Assembly (NCBI GenBank): GCA_963675495.1
Contig: OY776215.1
Coordinates: forward strand, 1,568,001 to 1,632,000
DNA from: an uncultured Methanolobus sp.
GTDB taxonomy: Archaea > Halobacteriota > Methanosarcinia > Methanosarcinales > Methanosarcinaceae
Direction of reading: 5' to 3'
DNA: 64,000 nucleotides
Shown here piece after piece: positions 9,672 through 19,522 of the stretch. The position numbers were made by a program, and so were the translations under genes. The notes under the pieces were generated by a model. It did no database searches. It was not told where the DNA came from and saw nothing but the letters and a program-made list of their open reading frames with translations. Each line of letters starts with the position of its first letter. Positions within the stretch are counted from its first letter, which is position 1.

Positions 9672-11306
9672 ATGAGGAAGATGGACATAAGAATCAGGAG
9701 ATACTACTGGGTCATCATACTCATAGTATTATCCATCTCCTCCACAGTCTATTTTTTCGGGGACACGGTAATGATCCCCTATACAACGGATTCAGGCTAC
9801 GTTCAAAAGATTACCACCATCACAATAGACAATGATGTTGATCTTTTCGATGATAGCACAATCCATGAAATTACGATAGATATGGACTGGGAGGACTACG
9901 GATCGCTGATAGAAACGTATGAACAGACCGAAGAGAAAGAGTACTTCAGAACCGACATCAAAATTGATGGCATCACCATCGAGGACGTTGGAATACGCCT
10001 TAAAGGAAATATGGGACTTCAGACCACTTTCAAAGGCACTTCCCAGATAGATACAATGCAACTTCCATTCCTTGTCAAGTTCGATGAGTACGTTGACGGA
10101 CAGAACTACCAGGGAATTTCCGAGATGTGCATCCGCATAGGAAGCAGTGATGCACTACTTGAGGAGCCACTTGCACTCTATTCACACAGCATCAGCGGTG
10201 CAGTGGTACCGGAATGGTCCTACGCAAGTGTAAAAGTCTCAGACCTTGACCCTGCTTATTATGTCATCTGTGAGAACATCAATGAGAATTATCTCATCAA
10301 ATATTTCGATGACTATGACGGAGTACTCTACAAAGCCGGTAACTTCGTATCCCTTACTTACAAAGGTGATCTTCAGACAGATTACATGGATGACTTCGAC
10401 CAGAAAACCCAGGTCAACGAGGCAGACTACGCATATCTCATCGAGTTCCTGAAATTTGTTAGCGAATCGAGCGATGAACAGTTCGAAGGACAACTTTCAG
10501 ACTGGGTTGATGTTGATGCCCTTACCACCATGATGGCTGTTAACGACCTTGTTGAGAATTCAGACTCATTCTCAGGCATGAACAGCAATTACTACCTGTA
10601 CTATAATCAGGACACTGAGAAATTCCTGATTCTGGCATGGGACATGAATCTTGCATTCGGTGCCATGATGGAACATGGAGACATGCAAAAAGGAGGAGCA
10701 TTTGACAACATGGGAGACAGAGGAAACTTTACTGCTGCGGCTCCTGATGGAATGCAGCAAATGGACATGGAGAACATGACCAATTTCACACCACCTGAAG
10801 GTATCAACATGTCTGATCCTATGATGGAACGGGGTAATATGACCGAATTCACTCCACCAGACAGAGGGGAATTCCCTGCTGACATGGAAGAAATGATGCA
10901 GGAAAATGCAGGCGAAATGGATAATTTTGCTGCTCCTGCAGGGGGATTCGGAAACAGACCCAGACCTGACAGGATGGAGGATATGGGCGATATGCCCGAT
11001 ATGGCTGATGGAAACTTCCCCGGAGGTGTTGAAAGAGGCGAAATGAACAGCCGCAACAACGCTGAGAACACATTGAAAGATAGGTTCTTTGCAAACGAGA
11101 ACTTCAGCGCACTTTATGAGGAACGTTATGAAGAGATTGCAAACGGAATCTACTGCAACGACCTGCTCCTTGAGAAACTGGACCTGATAGCAGAAACATT
11201 TACTGAATACAATTCAGGATATAAGCTTCTGGATCAGGAAAACTATGACTCCGAAATTGAGGATATGAGAAGCTATATTGAAGAGAAACAGGCAGAGAAC
11301 TGCTAG
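9672..11306 (+). CDS. CotH-family atypical protein kinase, membrane-anchored/secreted
   Basis: N-terminal TM/signal, VGIRLKGN, NYYLY, AWDMNLAFG; Met/Gly/Pro-rich low-complexity insertion. Confidence 0.88.
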   Translation: MRKMDIRIRRYYWVIILIVLSISSTVYFFGDTVMIPYTTDSGYVQKITTITIDNDVDLFDDSTIHEITIDMDWEDYGSLIETYEQTEEKEYFRTDIKIDGITIEDVGIRLKGNMGLQTTFKGTSQIDTMQLPFLVKFDEYVDGQNYQGISEMCIRIGSSDALLEEPLALYSHSISGAVVPEWSYASVKVSDLDPAYYVICENINENYLIKYFDDYDGVLYKAGNFVSLTYKGDLQTDYMDDFDQKTQVNEADYAYLIEFLKFVSESSDEQFEGQLSDWVDVDALTTMMAVNDLVENSDSFSGMNSNYYLYYNQDTEKFLILAWDMNLAFGAMMEHGDMQKGGAFDNMGDRGNFTAAAPDGMQQMDMENMTNFTPPEGINMSDPMMERGNMTEFTPPDRGEFPADMEEMMQENAGEMDNFAAPAGGFGNRPRPDRMEDMGDMPDMADGNFPGGVERGEMNSRNNAENTLKDRFFANENFSALYEERYEEIANGIYCNDLLLEKLDLIAETFTEYNSGYKLLDQENYDSEIEDMRSYIEEKQAENC

Positions 11307-11618
11307 GATTTATCCCTCTTCTCTTCCTTTTTTATTTCTGACTTTGATAGTTAAACATAGTTTTGCACTTTTGAATTTATTTGGTTTCCTTGTTATTTAA
11401 GATTCGGTAAAAGCAGTCACTATTCTGGACAATGATCCGAATTTTTATTGACTTGCAAAATCAGTAGGTATAAAATCCTTGAATCGTTTAAGTGCCTATC
11501 TAGATAAGATACATAACACTTAGCATTAGACTCTCTCATTCGACAAAATAGCCAGCTTTTAAAGTCATCTCGAACTTCATCATACAAGATATTTCTAGAG
11601 CAAAAAAGAGCGCATTGA

Positions 11619-11665
11619 GGCCTTTGGAGCTGAGGACGCTGGTTTGAATCTTGCCGGGACTACCA
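11619..11665 (+). repeat. Degenerate copy of the tRNA-Gln 3' half (att-like direct repeat)
   Basis: ggcctttggagctgaggacgctggtttgaatcttgccgggactac vs tRNA ggcctttggagccgaagacgctggttcgaatccggccgggactac: 5 mismatches in 45 nt, offset 3960 bp, ends in CCA. Confidence 0.85.
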
Positions 11666-11874
11666 ATTTCTTTTATTATATTCCTATTTTGAATTCGTTT
11701 TTTCAGGTTTGGCCTACCCACAGAACAATTTGGATAATAGATAGACATGCTACCAAATTAATATAGACCCGAAAGTTCCACCAATATGATTGCACCAATT
11801 TTACATGAACATTACAATTTTCATTCTTTAAAAAAACAGATCATTCAATTTAGAAAAAAGTTGGAGGTGTGAGG

Positions 11875-12006
11875 ATGAATGCACTTGGAAATATTCTCTA
11901 TGCAGAAGAAATGCTCAAACATGTCCCAGGTAATAATCAGATAGACTTGTTAATAGTAAATCATCCTCATAATTACAATTGTTCTGATGGCATATATATT
12001 TTTTGA
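11875..12006 (+). CDS. Possible small protein (43 aa, MNALGNILYAEEMLKHVPG...)
   Basis: GGAGGTG upstream of ATG 11875, open to TGA 12006; no family recognised. Confidence 0.3.
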   Translation: MNALGNILYAEEMLKHVPGNNQIDLLIVNHPHNYNCSDGIYIF

Positions 12007-12583
12007 ATATTTGCCATTAAATCAAGTATATTTGTGTTATGTTTGTGGTTCTGATGATTTAAATTGCTTAACTATGGTGCAGGCATATAGTTAAACAACA
12101 GAATCAGAAACACTACTATGCCATGTAGTAATTACAAATATGATTGCCCTCCCATTTTATTCTGATCATGTGCAATACGCTGAAGTTATTCTATCCCCTC
12201 AAAACAATCAGGACAAATCCAAGCACATATTTTCATCAATGTTCAAGCAATACATTATAGTGAGTTGTTTAAGTTTTGCTTTTGAAGATTCTTAATCATG
12301 TTTTAAAATCAACAATTATCAAAACTATCATGAACACATGCGGAGTTGCTTATGGCAATGCAAGAAATGGCTTGTTTTTCCTTGAAGAAATAGAATAGCT
12401 CAAAATAATCAAAGCAGGAAAAGAGTCCATATTCCTATTCAATGGTTTGGATTGAAAATATCAACCACTTCAAACATCGAAACCTATCAATTTCCAATAA
12501 ATTGATAGAACAGAACTAAAAGTCCTCCTGCACAGCAGATATAAAGCAAGACAGTAGAATACTATCATAAGAGGAATAGTACG

Positions 12584-13414
12584 ATGCCAACAAAATGTGC
12601 TTTATCTGAAGAGCTGCCTGTTGATGAATATCTGATAACGGAAGAACCTTACTACGTACCTGTGGGTAATGAAGTCGAGATATTCACAGCCGCTTACAAG
12701 AACATGCTGCCGGTGAACCTGAAAGGGCCTACGGGTTGTGGGAAAACACGGTTCATGGAGTATATGGCTTACAAATTGCAACGTCCTCTGATAACAATTG
12801 CCTGTCATGAAGACCTCACTGCAACAGACCTTGTTGGACGTTTTCTGATAAAGGGAGACAACGTAGAATGGAGTGATGGACCTCTCACAAAAGCTGTGAA
12901 ATGTGGAGCAATATGCTATCTTGATGAGGTGGTGGAAGCCAGGAAGGATACCATAGTAGTTATACATCCGCTCACTGATGACAGACGCATAATACCTATC
13001 GACAAGCTCGGAGTAATAGTCAAAGCGCCGGAAGAGTTCATGCTTTGTGTTTCGTACAACCCCGGTTACCAGAGTATTGTCAAGGACATGAAACAGAGTA
13101 CAAGACAGAGATTCGTTGCAATTGATTTTGATTATCCACCTGCTGAGCTTGAAAAGCAGATCGTTGCGCATGAAAGTAAGGTAAATGAGAAGACCGCAGG
13201 TCTGCTCGTGGAAATTGGTAAGAGTATCAGGAACTTCAAACACCATGGACTCGAGGAGGGAGTGAGCACCCGTCTGTTGATATACGCAGGCAAGCTCATC
13301 CGCGAAGGTATCGAACCTAAAGAAGCCTGCAGGATAGCCATGGCAAAACCCATAACGGACAATCCCGATCTGCAGAGAAGCATTGATGAGATCATCGCTG
13401 CTATTATGGAGTGA
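12584..13414 (+). CDS. CbbQ/NirQ/NorQ-family MoxR AAA+ ATPase
   Basis: EEPYY N-terminus, GPTGCGKT Walker A, CHEDL, YLDE Walker [21 protein letters not shown]. Confidence 0.93.
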   Translation: MPTKCALSEELPVDEYLITEEPYYVPVGNEVEIFTAAYKNMLPVNLKGPTGCGKTRFMEYMAYKLQRPLITIACHEDLTATDLVGRFLIKGDNVEWSDGPLTKAVKCGAICYLDEVVEARKDTIVVIHPLTDDRRIIPIDKLGVIVKAPEEFMLCVSYNPGYQSIVKDMKQSTRQRFVAIDFDYPPAELEKQIVAHESKVNEKTAGLLVEIGKSIRNFKHHGLEEGVSTRLLIYAGKLIREGIEPKEACRIAMAKPITDNPDLQRSIDEIIAAIME

Positions 13415-16400
13415 ATGAATACGTGGCAGAAGATATAGATATACAAAAGCATGCCACAACTGGAAAGATCAAAGAACTGATTGCTTCCTATTTTCCAAAA
13501 CTTGAAAGTTCTGAAATTTCCAGATTAGCAGCAGGATTCAAAAACTTAGATGAGGAGGAGCTGGAAGTAGTTCTTCACGCAGGAAAAGGCGCACTCAAGC
13601 GTGGCATGAGAGTACTCATAGCTTACCTTGGAGCTGCACCACATGTTTACAAGTCCCTTGGAAAAAATGAATTTGAGAGCTGGCTCTCCCTTGCAAGAGA
13701 AATCTCAAAACTAAGTGTTTCCTGTTGTGAAGGATTCTTTGACTCATCGCTGGCAATCATAGAAAAAGGTGGCCTTGAACTTCTCAAAAACTGGACCACC
13801 GCAGGGATTTCCCTCTCTAAACAGAACAAATGGGTAGCAATCGCCTACTTTAAACATACCGGACAGGTAATTGTGTCCACACCGCCTGAAATGTTTCGGG
13901 AGCTTGTGGAAAAAGGAAGGAAACTTGGAGATATCAACGTAAAGGTTGCAGAAGCTTACTTTGAGCACCTTGTCCACCTACACTTATTACTCACAACGGA
14001 GAATTTTACTTTATTCTGCCATATCGCAGAGCGTATAATCAAGACCCACTGGCTCACTGCCATAGAACTCATAAACCTGATAGTAAAGGAGTTTCCAAAG
14101 GTCCAGCCACAAAGAAGAAGAGAACTTCTTGCTTCGATGGACCGCATGCTGCAATTTGGTGAAGTCCCTGCAATGACATTGTTGAGGAACGCAGGAACCA
14201 TTATGGAAAAGGCTCATGGGGAAGAATTTGACTCCCTTATGAACATTGCAATTGACATTGCTGATACAGATAATAAAAGTGCTAAATCCTTTTTGAATAC
14301 TATCCCACATTACCTTGGTAAACTGGAACTAAGTGAAGTAGAAGGGTGGAAAGATAAAGCCATATCCTCCTTTTCGAGCAACAAACAAACCCTCAGGGCT
14401 TTCATCGGGTCAAGTCTTGCACTTGGAAAACACCTTAGAGATACAGACAGGGATATAAGATCAATACTAATAAACAGAGGTATCCAGCTTGCAGATATCC
14501 AATCTGAATGCCTCGAAAGTTATTTTGAAAATGCTTCCGGGGCATACAAACTGCTAAGTAAAGAGATGTTTGAGGAATGGACAGGAACAGGAGAAGGAAT
14601 CGCAATACAGAACCCTGATCTTGCCAGCAGTTATTTCAAAACATCAAGCCACGCATTGAGCAAAATACCCCCGCAACAGCATGAAGAAATATTCAGGATC
14701 GGGAATGATCTTCTTGCAAAAGAAGGGGCTCTTGCCAGTGCTTTCTTTGAGAATATTAGCTCTTTTGCTGATAGAACAAAGCCGGAGAATGCAGGTAAGT
14801 GGACAGAGATCGGACTGAAAGTATATGAAAAGGACAGGAAACTGGCATTGGATTACTTTTTCAATTCACCTTCTATACTTGAAAAACTTGACATGAACGA
14901 TCTGGAAGATTGGACTCTAAAGGGACTGGAAGCTGCAAATGAGATAAAACCTGCTGGAAAAGCCTATTTTTCACTCGAATCAAAAAGCTCCAGAGAGCTG
15001 GTAGAAGAACTCACAGGTGCAATCGCCCTTAAGAAAGTGGCGAACGTGTTGAGATACTATGCCCTTGGCCTTTCAGGAACCAACTTCGTAATACGCTCCA
15101 TGGCAACACTGCCACTTCAGGTAGATACACAGGGCATGAACCCTATCATAGCAGGCAATACAATCTACCTTGCCCCAAAAATGGGATTGTATGAGGATAT
15201 TGAAGATAATTTCAAAATATACAAGTTGAGTGTGATGCATGAGGTTGGACACGTACGGTTCAGCTCGGTAGACATCCCTTTTGAAAAAGCTGCTGCAATG
15301 ACAGAGAAGATAAAGAGGGAGTACTCAGTTGAAAATGAGGAAGATTCTTTTTCCCAGGACAGGGAAAATAACGACCACCCCGATATAATTGACATACTCT
15401 CACTTTTTCCGAACCAAACACTAGCTGCAACCATATTGGGAATACTGGAGGATGCACGTGTCGAGTATATGATAATGGACCATTTCAAAGGAGTACGTTC
15501 TGACCTTGAAGATGTGCGTCACAGGATGCTTGTGACAAGACCTGCACCAGAAGATAGACTTGATGAATTCATGGAAGCATTGTTGTGGATTTCCACCGGA
15601 CATGAACCTGCTTTTAAGATCAGTGAACTTACCAGAGGAATCCTGAATAAGATCCGGAAAAAACTTGAAGAGAAAATATTCAGGAAAGATTCAGACACAC
15701 CCTCATCCCTTGAGATTGCTTTAGACATCTATGACCTTCTTGACGAACACTTTGGCCCGCTTGGACAAATGGAATATAAAATGCTGAAGAACATCGGTTA
15801 CAGAGGGATGGATATTGGTGCCACTTGTTCTGCTGACCCGATGATGACTAAATCCTGTGAGAATGTCATTAAGAATTTCATTCCTGAAACTGAGGCAGAC
15901 CTGAGCGCCCAGGAAGAAAGACCGAAAGAGCAGGCTACCAAAAAACCCACGCATGCACTGGATAAGAATTGGAGAGTGCTTGGGAGTTACAAATACGATG
16001 AGTGGGACTCATCGATCAATGACTACAGGTCAGAGTGGAGCACGATAAATGAAATAGAACCTATAGGCGGTTCTACATCTTACTATGGCAAAGCAATTGA
16101 ACGCTACGGGAATGAGATAGCACTCCTTAAACACACTTTCAGTTTGATGAAGCCTGAAGCTTTCCACCGGATGAAGCAGCAGAATGATGGAACCGAAATA
16201 GATATCGATGCTTTTACAGAATCACTTATCGCAAAGAGGTGCGGAATCAACCCAGATGAAGGAATGTATATCAGATGGGATAAGCATGAAAGGGATGTTG
16301 CAACTCTTTTCCTTGTGGATGTCAGTGCTTCAACACGAAAGATACTTGGAACTGATGGCCGAAGCATACTGGATGTTGAAAAAGACGCTCTTATAATCAT

Positions 16401-16887
16401 GAGCCAGGCACTTGAGAGCATAGGGGACAAGTATGCGATCTACGCATTTTCCGGAAAAAGCCGCGAGGATGTTGAGTATTTCGTGATAAAGGAATTTGAT
16501 GAACAGCTTTCAGACAATGTTGCACGCAGGATAGGTCTCCTGCAGCCTGAATCCAATACACGCCTTGGACCTGCGATCCGCCATTCCATAAAGAAACTGG
16601 AACAGGCTGGTGCAAGGACAAAGATGCTGGTGCTGCTCTCGGACGGTGAACCCTATGACAGGTCAAAGGGAGAGGATTCATATCAGGGCGACCTCGCGCA
16701 GGAAGATACAAGAGTTGCCATCAGTGAAGGAAAAAACCAAGGTATGCACTTCTTTTGCATAACTGTGGACAGGAATCCGGGAGACTACCTTGACAATATA
16801 TTTTCCGATGTCGGATACACCATAATAGATGATGCGCTGATGCTACCGGAGACTCTTCCATTGTTGTATAAGAGACTGACAACGTAA
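13411..16887 (+). CDS. CbbO/NorD-like VWA-domain protein with long N-terminal helical repeats (1158 aa)
   Basis: GTGA overlap with cbbQ-like gene; HEVGH...[22 protein letters not shown] / NTR / SDGEP. Confidence 0.9.
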   Translation: MNEYVAEDIDIQKHATTGKIKELIASYFPKLESSEISRLAAGFKNLDEEELEVVLHAGKGALKRGMRVLIAYLGAAPHVYKSLGKNEFESWLSLAREISKLSVSCCEGFFDSSLAIIEKGGLELLKNWTTAGISLSKQNKWVAIAYFKHTGQVIVSTPPEMFRELVEKGRKLGDINVKVAEAYFEHLVHLHLLLTTENFTLFCHIAERIIKTHWLTAIELINLIVKEFPKVQPQRRRELLASMDRMLQFGEVPAMTLLRNAGTIMEKAHGEEFDSLMNIAIDIADTDNKSAKSFLNTIPHYLGKLELSEVEGWKDKAISSFSSNKQTLRAFIGSSLALGKHLRDTDRDIRSILINRGIQLADIQSECLESYFENASGAYKLLSKEMFEEWTGTGEGIAIQNPDLASSYFKTSSHALSKIPPQQHEEIFRIGNDLLAKEGALASAFFENISSFADRTKPENAGKWTEIGLKVYEKDRKLALDYFFNSPSILEKLDMNDLEDWTLKGLEAANEIKPAGKAYFSLESKSSRELVEELTGAIALKKVANVLRYYALGLSGTNFVIRSMATLPLQVDTQGMNPIIAGNTIYLAPKMGLYEDIEDNFKIYKLSVMHEVGHVRFSSVDIPFEKAAAMTEKIKREYSVENEEDSFSQDRENNDHPDIIDILSLFPNQTLAATILGILEDARVEYMIMDHFKGVRSDLEDVRHRMLVTRPAPEDRLDEFMEALLWISTGHEPAFKISELTRGILNKIRKKLEEKIFRKDSDTPSSLEIALDIYDLLDEHFGPLGQMEYKMLKNIGYRGMDIGATCSADPMMTKSCENVIKNFIPETEADLSAQEERPKEQATKKPTHALDKNWRVLGSYKYDEWDSSINDYRSEWSTINEIEPIGGSTSYYGKAIERYGNEIALLKHTFSLMKPEAFHRMKQQNDGTEIDIDAFTESLIAKRCGINPDEGMYIRWDKHERDVATLFLVDVSASTRKILGTDGRSILDVEKDALIIMSQALESIGDKYAIYAFSGKSREDVEYFVIKEFDEQLSDNVARRIGLLQPESNTRLGPAIRHSIKKLEQAGARTKMLVLLSDGEPYDRSKGEDSYQGDLAQEDTRVAISEGKNQGMHFFCITVDRNPGDYLDNIFSDVGYTIIDDALMLPETLPLLYKRLTT

Positions 16888-16940
16888 TAATTTATCAAAG
16901 GACAACTTATTTGGTAGTAAAAAAGAAAGGAAGAGTGAAA

Positions 16941-17981
16941 TCAGAAGACAAGTGTCCAGCCAGATCGTACTTTCCTGCCGGCATACTTGACCTCATCCAT
17001 CAATTCACCCTTATTATTATACAGGCTGATATGTCCCCCACTATTGGCGAGAATGACACCTTTTCCAGAGAGAAGTATACGCGTACCTGAGCCTGCACTG
17101 ATGTCACCTTTTAGCAAGGATTTTCTTCCCGGGCCATCCTTAATGAACCAGCCATCAAGATCAATATCATCAGGAGAGGCATTGAACAAAGTTATGACCT
17201 CTTTGCCCACATCAATACCTTTGGGATCGACAAGTGCTGCAATAATCTTGACAGAGCCTGCAGAAACTGTGTTTTCAGGTTCTGTTCTGGATTCTTCACA
17301 TGGTTCAGAAGAAGTGATCTTTTTCCCATCTGGCAAACAGTGACCAGTTGTCTCATCGGTATTGAAACACTGGGACTGGAATGCAAGGAAAATTGCTACC
17401 CACCTGTCTTCTTCCGTCAAATGTATGAGCAGACCTCCATCCTGATTAGGCGCATCATCGCCTGTCCACTTAGGAGAATTTCCCTGATTCATGTGGATAT
17501 CATGGATACCACTGCCGGGTCTGAAACCAAAGAAACTATCAGAAAGAAATGATTCTGGTCCCCATCTTTCACCGAAGGCATATATCATGCTGCCGTTCAT
17601 GCTGATGGCTTGCTTCACGTATTTCTGTATGAGGTCATTGAGATCATTGGAAGGACCGGGAATGTCACATTTCAGAGGCAACATCTTTGAAGTATCAAAG
17701 AGCCCGCCGCGAACGTAATCCAGACGTATGGCCCTTGAGGTATTATCAAGTCTTTTATACCCCATTCCAAGATTCTCAAGTTTTTCAGTTATTGGATGAG
17801 TGAAATTGTCATCTACAAAATACAGTAGCTCAGAAGGAGCAACTTTAGAACTGACATTGACAGCAATGCGATGCTCATGTTTACCATCATGCACTAGTAC
17901 CTGATAATGAGATTGTTTACCTTTTCCACATTTGCAGTCCTTTGGCTTTCCTTTTAAAACCCCGTAGTTTTCAAGAGACAT
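16941..17981 (-). CDS. DUF2278 (YukJ-like) protein with C-terminal lamin-tail domain
   Basis: NYGVLKG, LDYVRG, GIHDIHMNQG, QDGGL, FLAFQSQ; C-terminal IIAALVDP..D...E.ITL.N / LANSGG LTD motifs. Confidence 0.85.
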   Translation of the reverse strand: MSLENYGVLKGKPKDCKCGKGKQSHYQVLVHDGKHEHRIAVNVSSKVAPSELLYFVDDNFTHPITEKLENLGMGYKRLDNTSRAIRLDYVRGGLFDTSKMLPLKCDIPGPSNDLNDLIQKYVKQAISMNGSMIYAFGERWGPESFLSDSFFGFRPGSGIHDIHMNQGNSPKWTGDDAPNQDGGLLIHLTEEDRWVAIFLAFQSQCFNTDETTGHCLPDGKKITSSEPCEESRTEPENTVSAGSVKIIAALVDPKGIDVGKEVITLFNASPDDIDLDGWFIKDGPGRKSLLKGDISAGSGTRILLSGKGVILANSGGHISLYNNKGELMDEVKYAGRKVRSGWTLVF

Positions 17982-18266
17982 GATGAAACTTACTCGGCAC
18001 CAGAATTAAAAGTTTTCTATTATGAACGGGAAATTGCAGGTGAAACGGATAATGACATACTTTGTCGTCACTTTTTGGTGACACCACATGCACTATCCAC
18101 TGATAGGGCAGAAGTTGTTGGCGGCTAATGAAGTGCTGCTGAATAAGTTGCGATATATACCGGATGAGAAACAGGAGAAAATTGAAAATACAGATTCTGC
18201 GCATAAATAAAAATTGAGGGAAAATTTGTTTTTCAGTTCCCCCCTTACCGAATAAATCATTAAATG

Positions 18267-18872
18267 TTATTTGTATATAATGTCCTCTTCTTCGAGGAAT
18301 CCATAATTTGTGAAGGTATCAGTTACTGTGATATTAACTTTTGCGTACGGTTGGCTTTCTTCATTTTCTTTGATAATGTTCTCTATGTTCTCCCATTTCT
18401 CTCCCGGCTCAAGGACAATTTCTTCATTATTATATGAAATCTGTACGGATCCTTCTTCGGAAACTGAAACAATCCCATAGTTGTATCCTTCGTAAGGCAG
18501 AGAATAAACCCCATAAGCCGCACTGGCGGCACCTGTTCCGGTAACACCTGAAAGTGAATCACCGTCTCCTGTTATCATTACAAGGGAGCTGTTTACATCA
18601 ATAGATTCCCCGATTTTTATTATACGAAGATTGTGATTTTCTTCATCAAAGTAATAAGTTGGAAAATCAATCGCGAGCATTGGCCATGAATCTCCTTCTA
18701 TGAATTCTCCATGTTCATTGATATGGTGATCAAGAAATAGAATTTTTTTGGATTCTGTAGCATCGTTCTCAGGATTTTCATCATCAGATATGCAGCCTGC
18801 AGCAAAGGTCAAGGAGACCATTAAAAAACAGATCAATAATAAGTTGACCATATGAAATCTTTTGTTTGGCAT
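18267..18872 (-). CDS. Hypothetical lipoprotein
   Basis: Signal peptide with lipobox AAGC; AGGTGA RBS. Confidence 0.8.
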   Translation of the reverse strand: MPNKRFHMVNLLLICFLMVSLTFAAGCISDDENPENDATESKKILFLDHHINEHGEFIEGDSWPMLAIDFPTYYFDEENHNLRIIKIGESIDVNSSLVMITGDGDSLSGVTGTGAASAAYGVYSLPYEGYNYGIVSVSEEGSVQISYNNEEIVLEPGEKWENIENIIKENEESQPYAKVNITVTDTFTNYGFLEEEDIIYK

Positions 18873-19147
18873 TTTATTTCACCTTAAAGGCTGAAACACA
18901 TTAAAAAGATATAACCTTACCTTTAACTACAAATTAATTTGAAGCTTTCTGATATTGATTTTATATCAAGTATCTGACAGCATCAGGCAGAATATTTCCA
19001 AGAGAATTTTTCATTTGGTGTAGACTTCTTTTATTATGGGGGTTTCTCCATCTTCGTAAGTTTCAACGAAATATTCATCATCAGCCATATTATCAAAAAC
19101 CGCAAAGAAACCATTAAATCATTTCCTGCCAAATCTTCATTGATAAT

Positions 19148-19507
19148 ATGGCAGAAGAAACAAAAAATGCAAAAGATGTGAAAGGATTCCAGCCAAGAGC
19201 CGTTGTCTATGCAAAGAAACTGGACGAGGATTTCTCAGAAGCTGTGGCAGGATTCTACAGTTCAGTATGGGACGAAAGGGAAGGAGGTCTTTCCAAGAAA
19301 AATAAGCATTTGATGGTATTCGCCATTGCCTGTTCCAACCAGAAAACAAGTAGTGCCGTAAAGATACTTCAGAGATTGAAAAAATACGGTGCAACTGCCC
19401 AGGAGATCAAGGACGTCATGATGTTGGTCGCATGGACCGGTGGAATACAAAACTTCACTAATTTCACACCTAAGATACTGGAAGAGATGGAAAGGCTGGA
19501 GTTCTGA
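19148..19507 (+). CDS. Carboxymuconolactone decarboxylase (CMD/AhpD-like) family protein
   Basis: GGLSKKNKHLMVFAIAC, GATAQEIKDVMMLVAWTGG; no CxxC. Confidence 0.8.
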   Translation: MAEETKNAKDVKGFQPRAVVYAKKLDEDFSEAVAGFYSSVWDEREGGLSKKNKHLMVFAIACSNQKTSSAVKILQRLKKYGATAQEIKDVMMLVAWTGGIQNFTNFTPKILEEMERLEF

Positions 19508-19522
19508 ACTCCACCTCACGCA

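Larger units (their letters stand above)
7659..11665. mobile_element. Putative decayed genomic islet integrated in tRNA-Gln
   Basis: Bounded by the tRNA 3' half (7659-7703) and a 40/45-identical direct repeat (11619-11663); cargo is a three-gene operon; no intact integrase. Confidence 0.6.

Noticed and set aside
11304-11354. Possible pyrrolysine read-through of the CotH TAG stop (other TAG-ending genes such as speB and fen also considered)
   Set aside because: The frame enters a T-rich terminator-like tract and stops within about 15 codons; the other TAG-ending proteins already look complete
11619-11665. Second functional tRNA-Gln gene
   Set aside because: 5' half (acceptor 5' strand and D arm) absent and T-loop mutated; treated as an att-like repeat
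12602-13459. 285-aa minus-strand ORF
   Set aside because: Antisense shadow of the well-supported CbbQ/NorQ gene; no motifs
18022-18210. Short plus-strand ORF 18088-18210 (40 aa) / possible SGNH-hydrolase remnant
   Set aside because: Resemblance too weak; cannot be told apart from intergenic noise without a search
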